Source: an uncultured Gammaproteobacteria bacterium (GTDB lineage Bacteria > Patescibacteriota > Microgenomatia > UBA8517). From it: a stretch of 64,000 bases of DNA. A program made the position numbers and the translations under genes. Within the stretch, counting starts at the first letter, position 1; each line of letters begins with the position of its first letter. Below the pieces are notes generated by a model. The model saw only the letters and a list, made by a program, of their open reading frames with translations, was not told the origin of the DNA and did no database searches. The DNA is taken from the NCBI GenBank assembly GCA_964583105.1, contig CAZOUV010000003.1, positions 14,946 through 78,945 of the forward strand, written 5' to 3'. Shown here in pieces: positions 9,621 through 18,697 of the stretch.

Positions 9621-10154
9621 TCACCCCCTTACTAATTTATATTTATAGTACCATGAATTAGTCAGCCTGTAGCTTGCAAAGATGATACCCGTATAGAAAA
9701 GATCTCCCAACAAAGTATTTCGGAAAAATGGAAGAGCCATAATAAAACACTCAATAAGCCCGTTAATGTTTTTAAGATAAAGAGGAGTAAAAGCCCAAAC
9801 CGCGAAATTGGTAACAACAAAAAAAACTACCGATGAGGCAAATGAAGCAAGAATAATGTTTTTGTAGTTTAGATTCTTTTTGACAAATCTTCCTATAAAA
9901 ACCGTAATTAAAAAGCTTGCATATACAAAAATTCTCATTTGAATACTGTCAAAACCTATAAACATATCCGAAAGAAACATGATTAAAAGGGGAACGATAA
10001 ATGCCTGCCTTTTACTTAAGTAGGTTCCTCCAAATAAAGCCATGGCTCCCACGGGAGTAAAGTTGGGAACGTGGGGAATAAGTCTTGCCAAAGCTCCCAA
10101 TAATATAAAACTTACAGGGTTTATTAGTTTTTTTAAAATGTGTTTATTTGCCAT
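9621..10154 (-). CDS. small polytopic membrane protein (candidate vitamin-uptake substrate component)
   Basis: 177 aa with 5-6 TM segments. It is co-oriented with, and overlaps, the DUF4430 gene downstream of a B12-riboswitch-like leader. Confidence 0.45.
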   Translation of the reverse strand: MANKHILKKLINPVSFILLGALARLIPHVPNFTPVGAMALFGGTYLSKRQAFIVPLLIMFLSDMFIGFDSIQMRIFVYASFLITVFIGRFVKKNLNYKNIILASFASSVVFFVVTNFAVWAFTPLYLKNINGLIECFIMALPFFRNTLLGDLFYTGIIFASYRLTNSWYYKYKLVRG

Positions 10155-10540
10155 ACAATTTTATCTCCCGCCTTAATAATATAGCTTCCGGCACCTACTT
10201 CAGATGGTTTGTCATTGATAATAAGTTCCCAAAATTCGTTCTTTTTGGTATCCGCCATCCTTCCTTCAATAGATACGACATATGCATTTATTCCAGATCC
10301 TTCTGTTTTAATTTCTTTTACGGAAGTTTCGGTTGCATCAAGTGCGGTTTTTCCGATAAAGCCAGATATGTCAACAAGGGAGTATTCCGAAGAAGTTTTA
10401 ATAGTAAGAGTAGTTTCCTGATTTTGAACTTGATTCGTATTATCTTGATTTTTTTCAGATTTTGAAAAAGTTAAGAAGCTAATTACTGCAAATAGCAGAA
10501 TAACCGACAGGATTTTTAGAAGTTTTGTATGGTTTTTCAT
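10133..10540 (-). CDS. DUF4430 (transcobalamin-like) domain protein, membrane anchored
   Basis: 135 aa with an N-terminal anchor. 'YVVSIEGRMADTKKNEFWELIINDKPSEVGAGSYIIKAGDKIVWQ' matches the DUF4430 pattern. Confidence 0.6.
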   Translation of the reverse strand: MKNHTKLLKILSVILLFAVISFLTFSKSEKNQDNTNQVQNQETTLTIKTSSEYSLVDISGFIGKTALDATETSVKEIKTEGSGINAYVVSIEGRMADTKKNEFWELIINDKPSEVGAGSYIIKAGDKIVWQINTF

Positions 10541-10632
10541 ATATTCTGTGCTCGCAGTTTATCCTTTGGGTTCTGGGTATACAGTAGCGGCACTCCTGCA
10601 GATTTACGCTGCAATTCACCAAGTTACCCAAT
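10541..10632 (-). promoter_or_regulatory. putative cobalamin riboswitch (boundaries approximate)
   Basis: The minus strand reads 'GGGUAACUUGGUGAAUUGCAG..CUGCAGGAGUGCCGCUACUGUAUACCC..AAGGAUAAACUGCGAG' and runs up to the ATG. The elements 'GGUGAAUUGC', 'CCGCUACUGU' and a B12-box-like 'AAGGAUAAACUGC' are present. It is preceded by TTGACT(10659..10654)-17-ATAAAT(10636..10631). Confidence 0.6.
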
Positions 10633-10659
10633 TTATCTTAGTTAAGTATCTAAAGTCAA

Positions 10660-10689
10660 GCGGTAATATTGCGGTAAATATGCGGTAAT
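10660..10689. repeat. three direct copies of GCGGTAA(A)T at 11-bp phasing
   Basis: Copies start at 10660, 10671 and 10682. In minus-strand reading (ATTACCGC) they abut the -35 TTGACT of the riboswitch operon. Confidence 0.7.
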
Positions 10690-10707
10690 AGCTGAAGCTA
10701 AAAATGC

Positions 10708-11985
10708 TTAATCAAATAATGTTATTGTTTCGGGAGTAGGTTTAAAAACAATAGTTTCAAGAATAGATTTAACTTCTTGAAGCGTAGTCTCCGATTCAGT
10801 CTTAATATTTATCCAACCAATTTCTGTAGTATCGATATATCTCTCTTTGGTCTTTCCACAGACAATATATGATTTATCACTAGAATCTTTTGGTTCGCTT
10901 ATTCTCCAAAAATTGGGTTTACTAAGTTGAATATAAGATGAAAAAAATTTGCCAGCACCCATAAAAGTTGTGTAATCAACATCGTCATAATAAATGCAAT
11001 TTCCACCACCACCGACACCTTGAGTAATTGTAATTGTTTCACCATTCTGGTTTGTGAGAATGAGGGTTAAAGATTTTGTGGGTTCGGCTGAAACTAATTG
11101 TTCTTTAGCAGTCCATGAGGAAGGGTAATTTATTTGAAAAGGAGAAATATAATTTCCAGTTTCTGGAGAATTATATATTTTCCAATTTGAAACATCTTCT
11201 GTTTGGATAGAGAACTTAAATGTGGAGAGTATTTGGTCAAAAATATCAAAAATTGTATTTGCTCTGCTCGTTGCAGTTGAAATATGTATATTGTAGGCAT
11301 TTTCCTGATAAACAAAATAAATATATTTCCATGTTTGTGAATATAGATTCGTTGTTTTTTGATAAGTAAATTCTATTGCTGGTTGACCCAAAAATGTAGT
11401 TGCCACCTTTTCAATTTTAGTATCTGCCAATAACCAACTGAAAGTTTTGGAAAAACATTCGTCTAATGTTGTACATTTTTTATTGATGCTTGTAGGATCG
11501 AGCTCGTTTATTAGTATGTTGAAACCAGTTCCCGGATCTTCTCCCGGGAGATTTGGGTCAAAAAAATCGGCAACATTTTGTTCAGATATTTGTTCATCTG
11601 TTAAGTTACCGGGACCTCTATTAGGCTCCCAACCGTTGGGATATTTTATTGAATATCCATATTTAGTATTTGAATAGGTTTTCCAGTTTGCGGTTGGATC
11701 TGTGGTGGCAATAGGGATTGGGGTGGATTCTATGATTGGTCTTCTAGATGTCAAATAATTTTTGTATACCCAATAACCCACTAAGCCAAGTCCTAAAATC
11801 GCAAATAAAATAATTAAGACAGGTAATAGTTTACTTTTTGTTTTGGGTACTTCCGGTACAATAGGTTGTTCTGGCGGTGGGGGAGGAATCGGTTGTTGTT
11901 CGGTTTTCATCCCGGTTTGAAGAATATCGGGAGTTTGCGGTACCGACGTGCTTTGTTGTAAAGGTTGATTCTCGTTCATACTCAA
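10708..11985 (-). CDS. hypothetical secreted/anchored protein (Pro-rich N-terminus, TM, repeated beta-rich domain)
   Basis: 425 aa with 'QPIPPPPPEQPIVPEVP' followed by a TM. The motifs 'NWKTYSNTKYGYSIKYPNGW' and 'FDQILSTFKF' are shared with ORF 19330..19983. Confidence 0.6.
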   Translation of the reverse strand: MSMNENQPLQQSTSVPQTPDILQTGMKTEQQPIPPPPPEQPIVPEVPKTKSKLLPVLIILFAILGLGLVGYWVYKNYLTSRRPIIESTPIPIATTDPTANWKTYSNTKYGYSIKYPNGWEPNRGPGNLTDEQISEQNVADFFDPNLPGEDPGTGFNILINELDPTSINKKCTTLDECFSKTFSWLLADTKIEKVATTFLGQPAIEFTYQKTTNLYSQTWKYIYFVYQENAYNIHISTATSRANTIFDIFDQILSTFKFSIQTEDVSNWKIYNSPETGNYISPFQINYPSSWTAKEQLVSAEPTKSLTLILTNQNGETITITQGVGGGGNCIYYDDVDYTTFMGAGKFFSSYIQLSKPNFWRISEPKDSSDKSYIVCGKTKERYIDTTEIGWINIKTESETTLQEVKSILETIVFKPTPETITLFD

Positions 11986-12074
11986 ATAATATCACAGATC
12001 TAAAATTTTTAATTAACAAAGAGTGTTTTATAAGTATGTTGACTTTTGTGAACCAAGGTGTTAGCCTACGGCTA

Positions 12075-12533
12075 ATGAAAAGAGGACAGGTTCTTTTAGG
12101 CATATTTATAGTACTAGTTGTATTGGGAATTTTCTTTGGAACTAAAAAAGCCAGAGAACCTAAATTAAAAGTTACCGATACTGATACTGTTGAAACTCAG
12201 GAATTTGAAAACAGATTTAATATTACAATTCCTGATGATGTAGAAAAAATTGATCTTCAAGCCTCTTCCGGCTTTGAAGGTGCTGGAGTAGCTACAAGAA
12301 AGTTTGATAGAGGAAATTTTTCCCATGTAGTAATTGCTGATCTACCTGATCCCTCCTCTGGGAATTATCAAGCATGGCTTGTAAAAGACGATACTACAAA
12401 TATTTTTACCGGTTTGTTAAGGCTTGCTAAGGGGGGATATATTTTGGAATTTAATTCAAAGATAGATTATTCGGATTATAATAAAGTTGAGATAAGACTT
12501 CAGGATAAAATTGTGCTTTCGGGTTCATTCTGA
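12075..12533 (+). CDS. hypothetical membrane-anchored protein
   Basis: The track ORF starts at 11877 and overlaps the divergent gene. ATG 12075 ('MKRGQVLLGIFIVLVVLGIFF') gives a signal-anchor and is preceded by TTGACT-17-TAGCCT. Confidence 0.5.
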   Translation: MKRGQVLLGIFIVLVVLGIFFGTKKAREPKLKVTDTDTVETQEFENRFNITIPDDVEKIDLQASSGFEGAGVATRKFDRGNFSHVVIADLPDPSSGNYQAWLVKDDTTNIFTGLLRLAKGGYILEFNSKIDYSDYNKVEIRLQDKIVLSGSF

Positions 12534-12556
12534 TCAAAAAATGATAGAATGAAGTA

Positions 12557-13216
12557 ATGCTTTTTGTAAACTTCAAAACTTATCAAGAGGGAACGGGAAA
12601 AAACGCACTGGAACTTATCAAAGTATTGGAGGAAGTTGCGGAGAGCTCTCAGATAAAAATAATACCGGTAGTTCAGGCAACGGATATCAAAGAAGCGGTA
12701 GGAATATGCAAGCTTGAGATATGGGCCCAAAACGTAGATCCCGTAACATTCGGATCCCATACGGGATCTATTCTTGCTGAATCTGTCCTTGAGGATGGAG
12801 CTTTCGGAACATTTCTTAACCATTCAGAAAAGAAATTTACGGATTTAAATCTGCTTCAGGAAACGGTAAATAAATGTACAGAACTTGGCTTAAAAACTTT
12901 AGTATTTGCTTCAAGCCTTGAGGAACTGGGAAGTGTTTCTTCATTTAGTCCCACCTTTGTTGCATATGAGCCTCCGGAATTTATTGGAAGTACAACTTTA
13001 TCGGTTACATCTGCACAACCGGATGTGATTTTAAAAGCAGTCGAAATTGCTAAAACTCATAATTTACCATTAATAGTAGGTGCTGGAATTCATTCAAGAA
13101 ACGATGTTCAAAAAAGTTTGGAACTCGGGGCAACCGGAATTGCGGTTGCCAGGGATATTTTAAAAGCCGAAGATCCTAAAGCCGAACTTTTGGATCTAAT
13201 TGAAGGCTTTAAATAA
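12557..13216 (+). CDS. tpiA: triosephosphate isomerase, short archaeal-type
   Basis: 219 aa with 'FVNFKTYQEGTG', 'LNHSEKKF', 'VAYEPPEFIGS' and 'GAGIHSRNDV'. Confidence 0.85.
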   Translation: MLFVNFKTYQEGTGKNALELIKVLEEVAESSQIKIIPVVQATDIKEAVGICKLEIWAQNVDPVTFGSHTGSILAESVLEDGAFGTFLNHSEKKFTDLNLLQETVNKCTELGLKTLVFASSLEELGSVSSFSPTFVAYEPPEFIGSTTLSVTSAQPDVILKAVEIAKTHNLPLIVGAGIHSRNDVQKSLELGATGIAVARDILKAEDPKAELLDLIEGFK

Positions 13217-13241
13217 GGAAAACTTGTTAGGATATCAAAAA

Positions 13242-13691
13242 ATGAAAGTATTTTTGGGAGCCGATCACAGAGGTTACTACCTTAAAGAGAAAATTTCCAA
13301 ATGGTTATTTGAGTGGAAATATGATTATTTTGATGTGGGAGCTCAAAGCCTGGAATTGGGAGATGACTATACCAAATATGCTTCCGAAGTTGCTTCTTTG
13401 GTTGCAGATAACAAGGGGTCAAGGGGAATTGTTCTTTGCGGCTCGGGTGTCGGGGTTGATATTGTTACCAATAAATTTGACGGCATAAGAGCGTCTATGG
13501 GTAAAACCAAGGAGCAGATAAAAGAGGGAAGGGAAGATGATGATATGAATATTCTGGTTATTGCGGCAGATTACACAGACGAGTATGAAGCGAAGGATAT
13601 GCTTAAGGCGTTTTTGGAAACGAAATTTCTGGGAAAAGAAAGACATAGAAAAAGATTAAAGGAAATTGAGAAAATAGAGGTAAACAATTAA
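13242..13691 (+). CDS. rpiB: ribose-5-phosphate isomerase B
   Basis: 'MKVFLGADHRGYYLKEKI' and 'GIVLCGSGVGVDIVTNK'. I chose the internal ATG 13242 over the track start 13200. Confidence 0.85.
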   Translation: MKVFLGADHRGYYLKEKISKWLFEWKYDYFDVGAQSLELGDDYTKYASEVASLVADNKGSRGIVLCGSGVGVDIVTNKFDGIRASMGKTKEQIKEGREDDDMNILVIAADYTDEYEAKDMLKAFLETKFLGKERHRKRLKEIEKIEVNN

Positions 13692-13871
13692 TTAAACACC
13701 ATACTTCTCACTTATTTGTATACAATTGTCCCAAAAAGTGTCTACTGTGTCTTGGAAAACCCTGTTGACGTTTGGTCTACATTTACCTCCCTGTTGTCTT
13801 AGAATTTCAATTACCCTAATTCGTGCATCCAAAATAGCTTCAGGATTTCGGCCTCTTATGTATCTTTCCAT
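13692..13871 (-). CDS. possible 59-aa small protein (below the track threshold)
   Basis: An ATG..TAA ORF, 'MERYIRGRNPEAILDARIRVIEILRQQGGKCRPNVNRVFQDTVDTFWDNCIQISEKYGV', fills an otherwise empty 234-bp gap. No homology recognised. Confidence 0.25.
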   Translation of the reverse strand: MERYIRGRNPEAILDARIRVIEILRQQGGKCRPNVNRVFQDTVDTFWDNCIQISEKYGV

Positions 13872-13925
13872 ACTAACATTATAGGATTATTTACCTAAAA
13901 GTCAAACTTCTGCTAAACTAAACTG

Positions 13926-14897
13926 ATGATTGACCTGCCTCAAGTTGGTGATTTAGACGTATTAAATAAAAAAGTTATTGTTCGTGCAGACTTAGACATA
14001 GACATTGGAGAAAACTACCGTCTTGAAGCTCTTCTTCCTACACTTAATTATTTATCTTCCAAATCTGCAAAAATAATTATTATCGGACATCTTGGAAGAC
14101 CTCGGGGTAAAGTTGTTGAAGAACTTAAAATGAAGCCAGTTGAAGAGAGTTTAAGAAAAATTGCCGTGGGAATTGAATTTGAAGTATTAGAAAATCTTAG
14201 GTTTGATATTGGAGAAGAAGAAAGTAATTTAGATTATGCCAAAAAACTTGCATCTTTGGGGGATGTCTATGTTAATGAAGCTTTTGCCTCTTCCCATAGA
14301 AATTCCGCTTCAATAACTGTTCTTCCCACGCTTCTTCCGCATGCTGCGGGAGTAAGGTTTGTTGAGGAAGTAAATAATTTATCTAAAGTTTTTGAAAATC
14401 CCCAAAGACCAGTGCTTTTAATAGTCGGAGGAAGTAAAAAAGATAAACTTGATTATATTGAGGCCCTTAAAAGTGTTACCGATAAAATCTTGGTTGGAGG
14501 AAGACTTCCGGAATATTATGGCGATAAAGCTTTGGAAAGCGTAAGAATGACAATTAACGAAAAACTGGTTATAGCCAACCTTATTATGGATAAGGAAGAC
14601 ATAACTCTTCACTCAGTCGAAAGATTTGAAAAAGAAATAAAAAGTGCTGGAACAATTATTCTTGCTGGTCCCATGGGTAGATATGAAGACGAAGGACACA
14701 GACAGGGAACCGAAAGAATATTTAGGGCAGTTGCAAATTCCAATACTTTTAAGATTGTAGGCGGGGGAGACAGTTTATCTGTTCTTTCAATGTTTAATCT
14801 TAAAGATAAATTTGATTGGATATCGGTTGGGGGAGGATCTATGCTTGAATTTTTGGCAAAAGGTACTTTGCCCGGAATAGAGGCACTACTTTCTTAA
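13926..14897 (+). CDS. pgk: phosphoglycerate kinase (compact, 323 aa)
   Basis: 'VIVRADLDI', 'IIGHLGRPRG', 'NEAFASSHR', 'GGGDS' and 'VGGGSMLEFL'. Confidence 0.85.
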   Translation: MIDLPQVGDLDVLNKKVIVRADLDIDIGENYRLEALLPTLNYLSSKSAKIIIIGHLGRPRGKVVEELKMKPVEESLRKIAVGIEFEVLENLRFDIGEEESNLDYAKKLASLGDVYVNEAFASSHRNSASITVLPTLLPHAAGVRFVEEVNNLSKVFENPQRPVLLIVGGSKKDKLDYIEALKSVTDKILVGGRLPEYYGDKALESVRMTINEKLVIANLIMDKEDITLHSVERFEKEIKSAGTIILAGPMGRYEDEGHRQGTERIFRAVANSNTFKIVGGGDSLSVLSMFNLKDKFDWISVGGGSMLEFLAKGTLPGIEALLS

Positions 14898-14938
14898 TAC
14901 ATAAGTATGTTATTCTTAATTGGAAGGGGGTGAGAATA

Positions 14939-15139
14939 ATGAAGTTGAAAAATATTTCAAAATGGTTGGTGGTTATAGGGGCAGCTAATTGGGGATTGGT
15001 AGGACTTTTAAATTTTAATTTAGTTACGTTTTTATTCGGTGGCTGGCCAGTGATTGAGAGGATTATCTATATACTTGTTGGTATTGCAGGTTTTTGGGCC
15101 ATATACAACAAACTAACCAAACCCTCAAAGAAAAAATAG
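14939..15139 (+). CDS. DUF378 family small membrane protein
   Basis: 'VVIGAANWGLVGLLNFNLVTFLFG'. The SD GGAAGGGGG lies ~9 nt upstream of ATG 14939. Confidence 0.7.
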   Translation: MKLKNISKWLVVIGAANWGLVGLLNFNLVTFLFGGWPVIERIIYILVGIAGFWAIYNKLTKPSKKK

Positions 15140-15183
15140 CTATAGATACAAAATCGGAGCGAAATTGATGATATCATGAATAT

Positions 15184-16290
15184 ATGATTAAAGTTGGTAT
15201 TAACGGATTTGGACGTATCGGAAGAATTGCTTTTAGGATCGGAATAGTAAAACATTCAGACGAAGTTATTTTTTCTGCAATAAATACTTCTGGAAGTATG
15301 GATACGGCCGGATGGGCGCATTTGGTAAATTATGATTCGACTTACAGGAAGTTTGACTATGAAGTTAGGGGAGAGGAGGCAAAAACCCCAGATAAAGTAA
15401 CAGATGAGGACCCTCTGATTGGTTATCTTTCAGTTCAAGAAAGGGGAATAAAAGTTCCCTTGTTGGCACAAAAAGATCCCGAAAAAATTCCCTGGGGAAA
15501 ATATGGAGTAGATGTTGTTATTGAATCAACCGGAAAATTTGTGACAGAGGAAGATGCTAAGAAGCATGCAAGGGGGGGGGCTAAAAGAGTTGTAATTTCG
15601 GCGCCAACTAAAGGTGAAAATGTAGGGACATATGTCATAGGTGTTAATGAAGTTAAAGGTTCTCCGGAGGTTATTTCAAATTCTTCATGCACCACAAATT
15701 GTGTAGCACCTGTTATGGCTGTTCTTCATTCAAAATTTGGGGTTGAAAAAGCGGCCATGACAACAATTCATGCCTATACTGATGATCAGAATCTTCAGGA
15801 CGGATCTCACAAAGATTTAAGGAGGGCCCGTTCTGCTGCTCAAAATATAGTTCCCACAACAACTGGTGCCGCAATTTCAACAACGGAAACAATTCCTGAA
15901 TTAAAAAACATCTTTGATGGACGTGCCCTAAGAGTTCCGGTTATTTGTGGTTCCATTACCGACTTTGCAATTGTTACAAAAAGAAATACTACGGTTGAAG
16001 AGGTAAATAAAGCCTTTATTGATGCTTCTAATAATGTCTTGTATAAGGGAATATTAACTATTTCCGATCAACCTTTGGTATCAACAGACATTATAGGTAG
16101 GAGTGAATCTTCTATCGTTGATTTGTCATTAACTCAAGTAATTGGGGGAAATTTAATTAAGGTTTTTTCCTGGTACGACAATGAATGGGGTTATGCAAAT
16201 CGTTTGGTAGAGCAGGTAATAAGAATTGGTAGAAACATGACGGGAGGAAAAGTTCCAACCGACCCTTTAACATTATCCTTTAATTCTTAA
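15184..16290 (+). CDS. gap: glyceraldehyde-3-phosphate dehydrogenase, type I
   Basis: 'VGINGFGRIGR', 'SNSSCTTNC' and 'WYDNEWGY'. Confidence 0.95.
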   Translation: MIKVGINGFGRIGRIAFRIGIVKHSDEVIFSAINTSGSMDTAGWAHLVNYDSTYRKFDYEVRGEEAKTPDKVTDEDPLIGYLSVQERGIKVPLLAQKDPEKIPWGKYGVDVVIESTGKFVTEEDAKKHARGGAKRVVISAPTKGENVGTYVIGVNEVKGSPEVISNSSCTTNCVAPVMAVLHSKFGVEKAAMTTIHAYTDDQNLQDGSHKDLRRARSAAQNIVPTTTGAAISTTETIPELKNIFDGRALRVPVICGSITDFAIVTKRNTTVEEVNKAFIDASNNVLYKGILTISDQPLVSTDIIGRSESSIVDLSLTQVIGGNLIKVFSWYDNEWGYANRLVEQVIRIGRNMTGGKVPTDPLTLSFNS

Positions 16291-16884
16291 ATGGAAGAAA
16301 AATATCAAAGACACCTAATGAGAAACGTAGCGTTTTTTGGTGATGCCGATGTTTCCGAAAAAGACCCCGTTTTTAAATCTGCATTTGGGACGGCCAAAAT
16401 TCTTGCGGAGAATGGTTATACGATTGTTGATGGTGGAGGCCCCGGTGTAATGCATGCCGCAACCGCAGGGGCCCAAGAAGCCGACGGTCCTACATTAACC
16501 ATTACCTTCGATCCTGTTAATGCTCCCGGATATGAAGGAAGGTATCTAAAAAATGTTCCGGATAAAGAGATTGTAACAACCAATTACATAGACAGAATGT
16601 TTAAACTCATGGAATACGGAGATATATTCGTAATATTTAGGGGAGGGAGTGGAACAATTAGCGAATTTGGTGCCGCTTGGGCATTGGCAAAACTTTATTA
16701 CGGACACCACAAACCCTTTATCTTATATGGTAATTTTTGGGCGGAAATAATTGATTGTTTAAGGCATAATATGAATTTAAGCAGTAAGGAACTTTCGGTT
16801 TTTGAAATTGTAAATTCTCCCAAAGAGGTACTTGCCGCAATTGAAAAATTTGAAAGGAAAATATCCGATGGTAAAAAACTCTAA
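16291..16884 (+). CDS. LOG/TIGR00730 family Rossmann-fold protein
   Basis: 'VDGGGPGVMHAA' and 'FRGGSGTISE'. The start abuts the gap stop codon. Confidence 0.75.
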   Translation: MEEKYQRHLMRNVAFFGDADVSEKDPVFKSAFGTAKILAENGYTIVDGGGPGVMHAATAGAQEADGPTLTITFDPVNAPGYEGRYLKNVPDKEIVTTNYIDRMFKLMEYGDIFVIFRGGSGTISEFGAAWALAKLYYGHHKPFILYGNFWAEIIDCLRHNMNLSSKELSVFEIVNSPKEVLAAIEKFERKISDGKKL

Positions 16885-17680
16885 TGATTTATCTAAAACC
16901 GCAAAGGAGATAAGACAGGATATTATCAGAATGCTTCATCAATCGGGTTCAGGACATCCTGCAGGTTCTTTAAGTATGGTTGAAATACTGGTTGCCTTGT
17001 ATTTTAAAATTATGCACCATGATCCAAAAAATCCAGATTGGGAAGATAGGGACAGGTTGGTTGTATCGAACGGACACACATGCCCCACCCTTTATTCAGT
17101 TCTTGCACATTGCGGCTATTTCCCTTTACAGAAACTAAAAACTTATGCCAAGTTAGGTTCTTCACTACAAGGACATCCCGAGCGAGAAAAACTTCTTGGA
17201 CTTGAAACAACATCTGGTCCTTTAGGTTGCGGTTTGGCTCAAGCCGCCGGAATTGCCTGGGTAGGAAAATCAGACAATTTGCACTACAGAGTTTTTTGTA
17301 CGGTATCAGATGCGGAACATGACGAGGGAAATCATTGGGAGGCAGTCCTTTTTGCAGCCAAATACAAACTTTCAAATCTGACCCTAATAGTTGACAGAAA
17401 CAATATTCAGATAGAAGGAAATATTGAAGATACGCTACCCCTGGAACCATTAAAAGAAAAATATTTGGCTTTTAATTGGAATGTTTTAGAAATTGATGGC
17501 CATGATGTTTCTGCAATTATTACTGCCGTTGAAGAAGCAAGAAGGGTGGATGATAGGCCCACGGTAATTATTGCCCGTACGGTTGCGGGAAAAGGAATTT
17601 CTTTTATGGAAGGGAAATCCGAGTGGCACGCAAGAGCTCCCAATAAAGAGGAAACTATGCTAGCACTAAAAGAATTATGA
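16868..17680 (+). CDS. transketolase, N-terminal (TPP-binding) subunit
   Basis: 'SGSGHPAGSLS', 'VVSNGHTCPTLY' and 'SDAEHDEGNHWEA'. I chose the internal ATG 16868. Confidence 0.9.
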   Translation: MVKNSNDLSKTAKEIRQDIIRMLHQSGSGHPAGSLSMVEILVALYFKIMHHDPKNPDWEDRDRLVVSNGHTCPTLYSVLAHCGYFPLQKLKTYAKLGSSLQGHPEREKLLGLETTSGPLGCGLAQAAGIAWVGKSDNLHYRVFCTVSDAEHDEGNHWEAVLFAAKYKLSNLTLIVDRNNIQIEGNIEDTLPLEPLKEKYLAFNWNVLEIDGHDVSAIITAVEEARRVDDRPTVIIARTVAGKGISFMEGKSEWHARAPNKEETMLALKEL

Positions 17681-17708
17681 AAGATATAAATATTATTAGA
17701 ATGTATTA

Positions 17709-18662
17709 ATGATTAACGGTTTTAAATCTATTAGAGATGGATTTGGGGAAGCCTTGGTTGAGTTGGGAGAGAAAAACAAAAACATTGTCGTTCTTACAGC
17801 CGATCTAAAAGAATCAACAAGGGTTCATTTGTTTGCGGAAAAATTTCCCGAACGTTTTATCCAAGTTGGAGTTGCGGAGCAGGCTCTTGTTACGATTGCA
17901 TCCGGTATGGCAAAAGAAGGTAAAATTCCCTTTACCACAAGCTATGCCGCCTTTTCTCCCGGAAGAACACTTGATCAAATAAGAACAACGGTTGCATTAA
18001 ATAACCTCCCCGTAAAAATAGTTGGAGCACATGCGGGTCTGGGGGCCGGACCCTATGGTTCTACCCATCAGGCACTGGAAGACATTGCCATTATGAGAAC
18101 TGTTCCCAATATGGTCGTTGAAGTGCCTTGCGACTATGAGGAAGCAAAAAAGGCAACTTTTGAAATATCCAAAAACAAACTTCCTTCCTATTTAAGATTG
18201 GCAAGACAGGAATCTGGAATTGTTACCAAACCAAATTCTCCTTTTAAAATTGGACGGGCGGAGATTTTAAGAGATTTCAAAAATCCCCAAGCCACAATTA
18301 TTGCTTGCGGAACTTTGGTTTATGAAGCTTTGCTTGCGGCAGAAGAATTGGAGAAGAAGGGAATAGAGGTAATTGTAATTAATAATCGTACGATTAAACC
18401 CATGGATGAAAGAACAATAATAAGAGCGGCAAAAACTACGGGGGCGATTGTTACAGCAGAGGAACATCAGATAGACGGGGGAATGGGATCGGCAGTTTCG
18501 GAAATATTATCGAGAAATTTCCCTGTTCCCATTGAATTTATAGGAGTTCCGAACATTTTTGGAGAATCGGGAAAACCTAAGGAGCTTTTTAAAAAGTTCA
18601 AACTTACTTCAAAAGATATTGCTGAAGCCGTAAAAAGGGTTATTTCGCGCAAAAATTCTTGA
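17709..18662 (+). CDS. transketolase, C-terminal (pyrimidine-binding) subunit
   Basis: 'FIQVGVAEQALV', 'GSTHQALEDIAIMR' and 'VTAEEH'. Confidence 0.9.
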   Translation: MINGFKSIRDGFGEALVELGEKNKNIVVLTADLKESTRVHLFAEKFPERFIQVGVAEQALVTIASGMAKEGKIPFTTSYAAFSPGRTLDQIRTTVALNNLPVKIVGAHAGLGAGPYGSTHQALEDIAIMRTVPNMVVEVPCDYEEAKKATFEISKNKLPSYLRLARQESGIVTKPNSPFKIGRAEILRDFKNPQATIIACGTLVYEALLAAEELEKKGIEVIVINNRTIKPMDERTIIRAAKTTGAIVTAEEHQIDGGMGSAVSEILSRNFPVPIEFIGVPNIFGESGKPKELFKKFKLTSKDIAEAVKRVISRKNS

Positions 18663-18675
18663 CACAGGACCCGTG

Positions 18676-18697
18676 TTGTACTAACATTGTACTAACA
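18676..18697 (+). promoter_or_regulatory. perfect tandem 11-bp direct repeat TTGTACTAACA x2 abutting the antitoxin ATG (operator candidate)
   Basis: Copies at 18676-86 and 18687-97, with TTGACA at 18659-64 upstream. Confidence 0.5.

Noticed and set aside
15572-15580. G9 homopolymer in gap, plus G7/C7 runs at about 28099, 46452, 51572 and 62754, as possible phase-variation switches.
   Set aside because: All of these lie in-frame in conserved housekeeping genes and simply encode Gly/Pro runs (for example 'ARGGAK'). There is no evidence of frame disruption.
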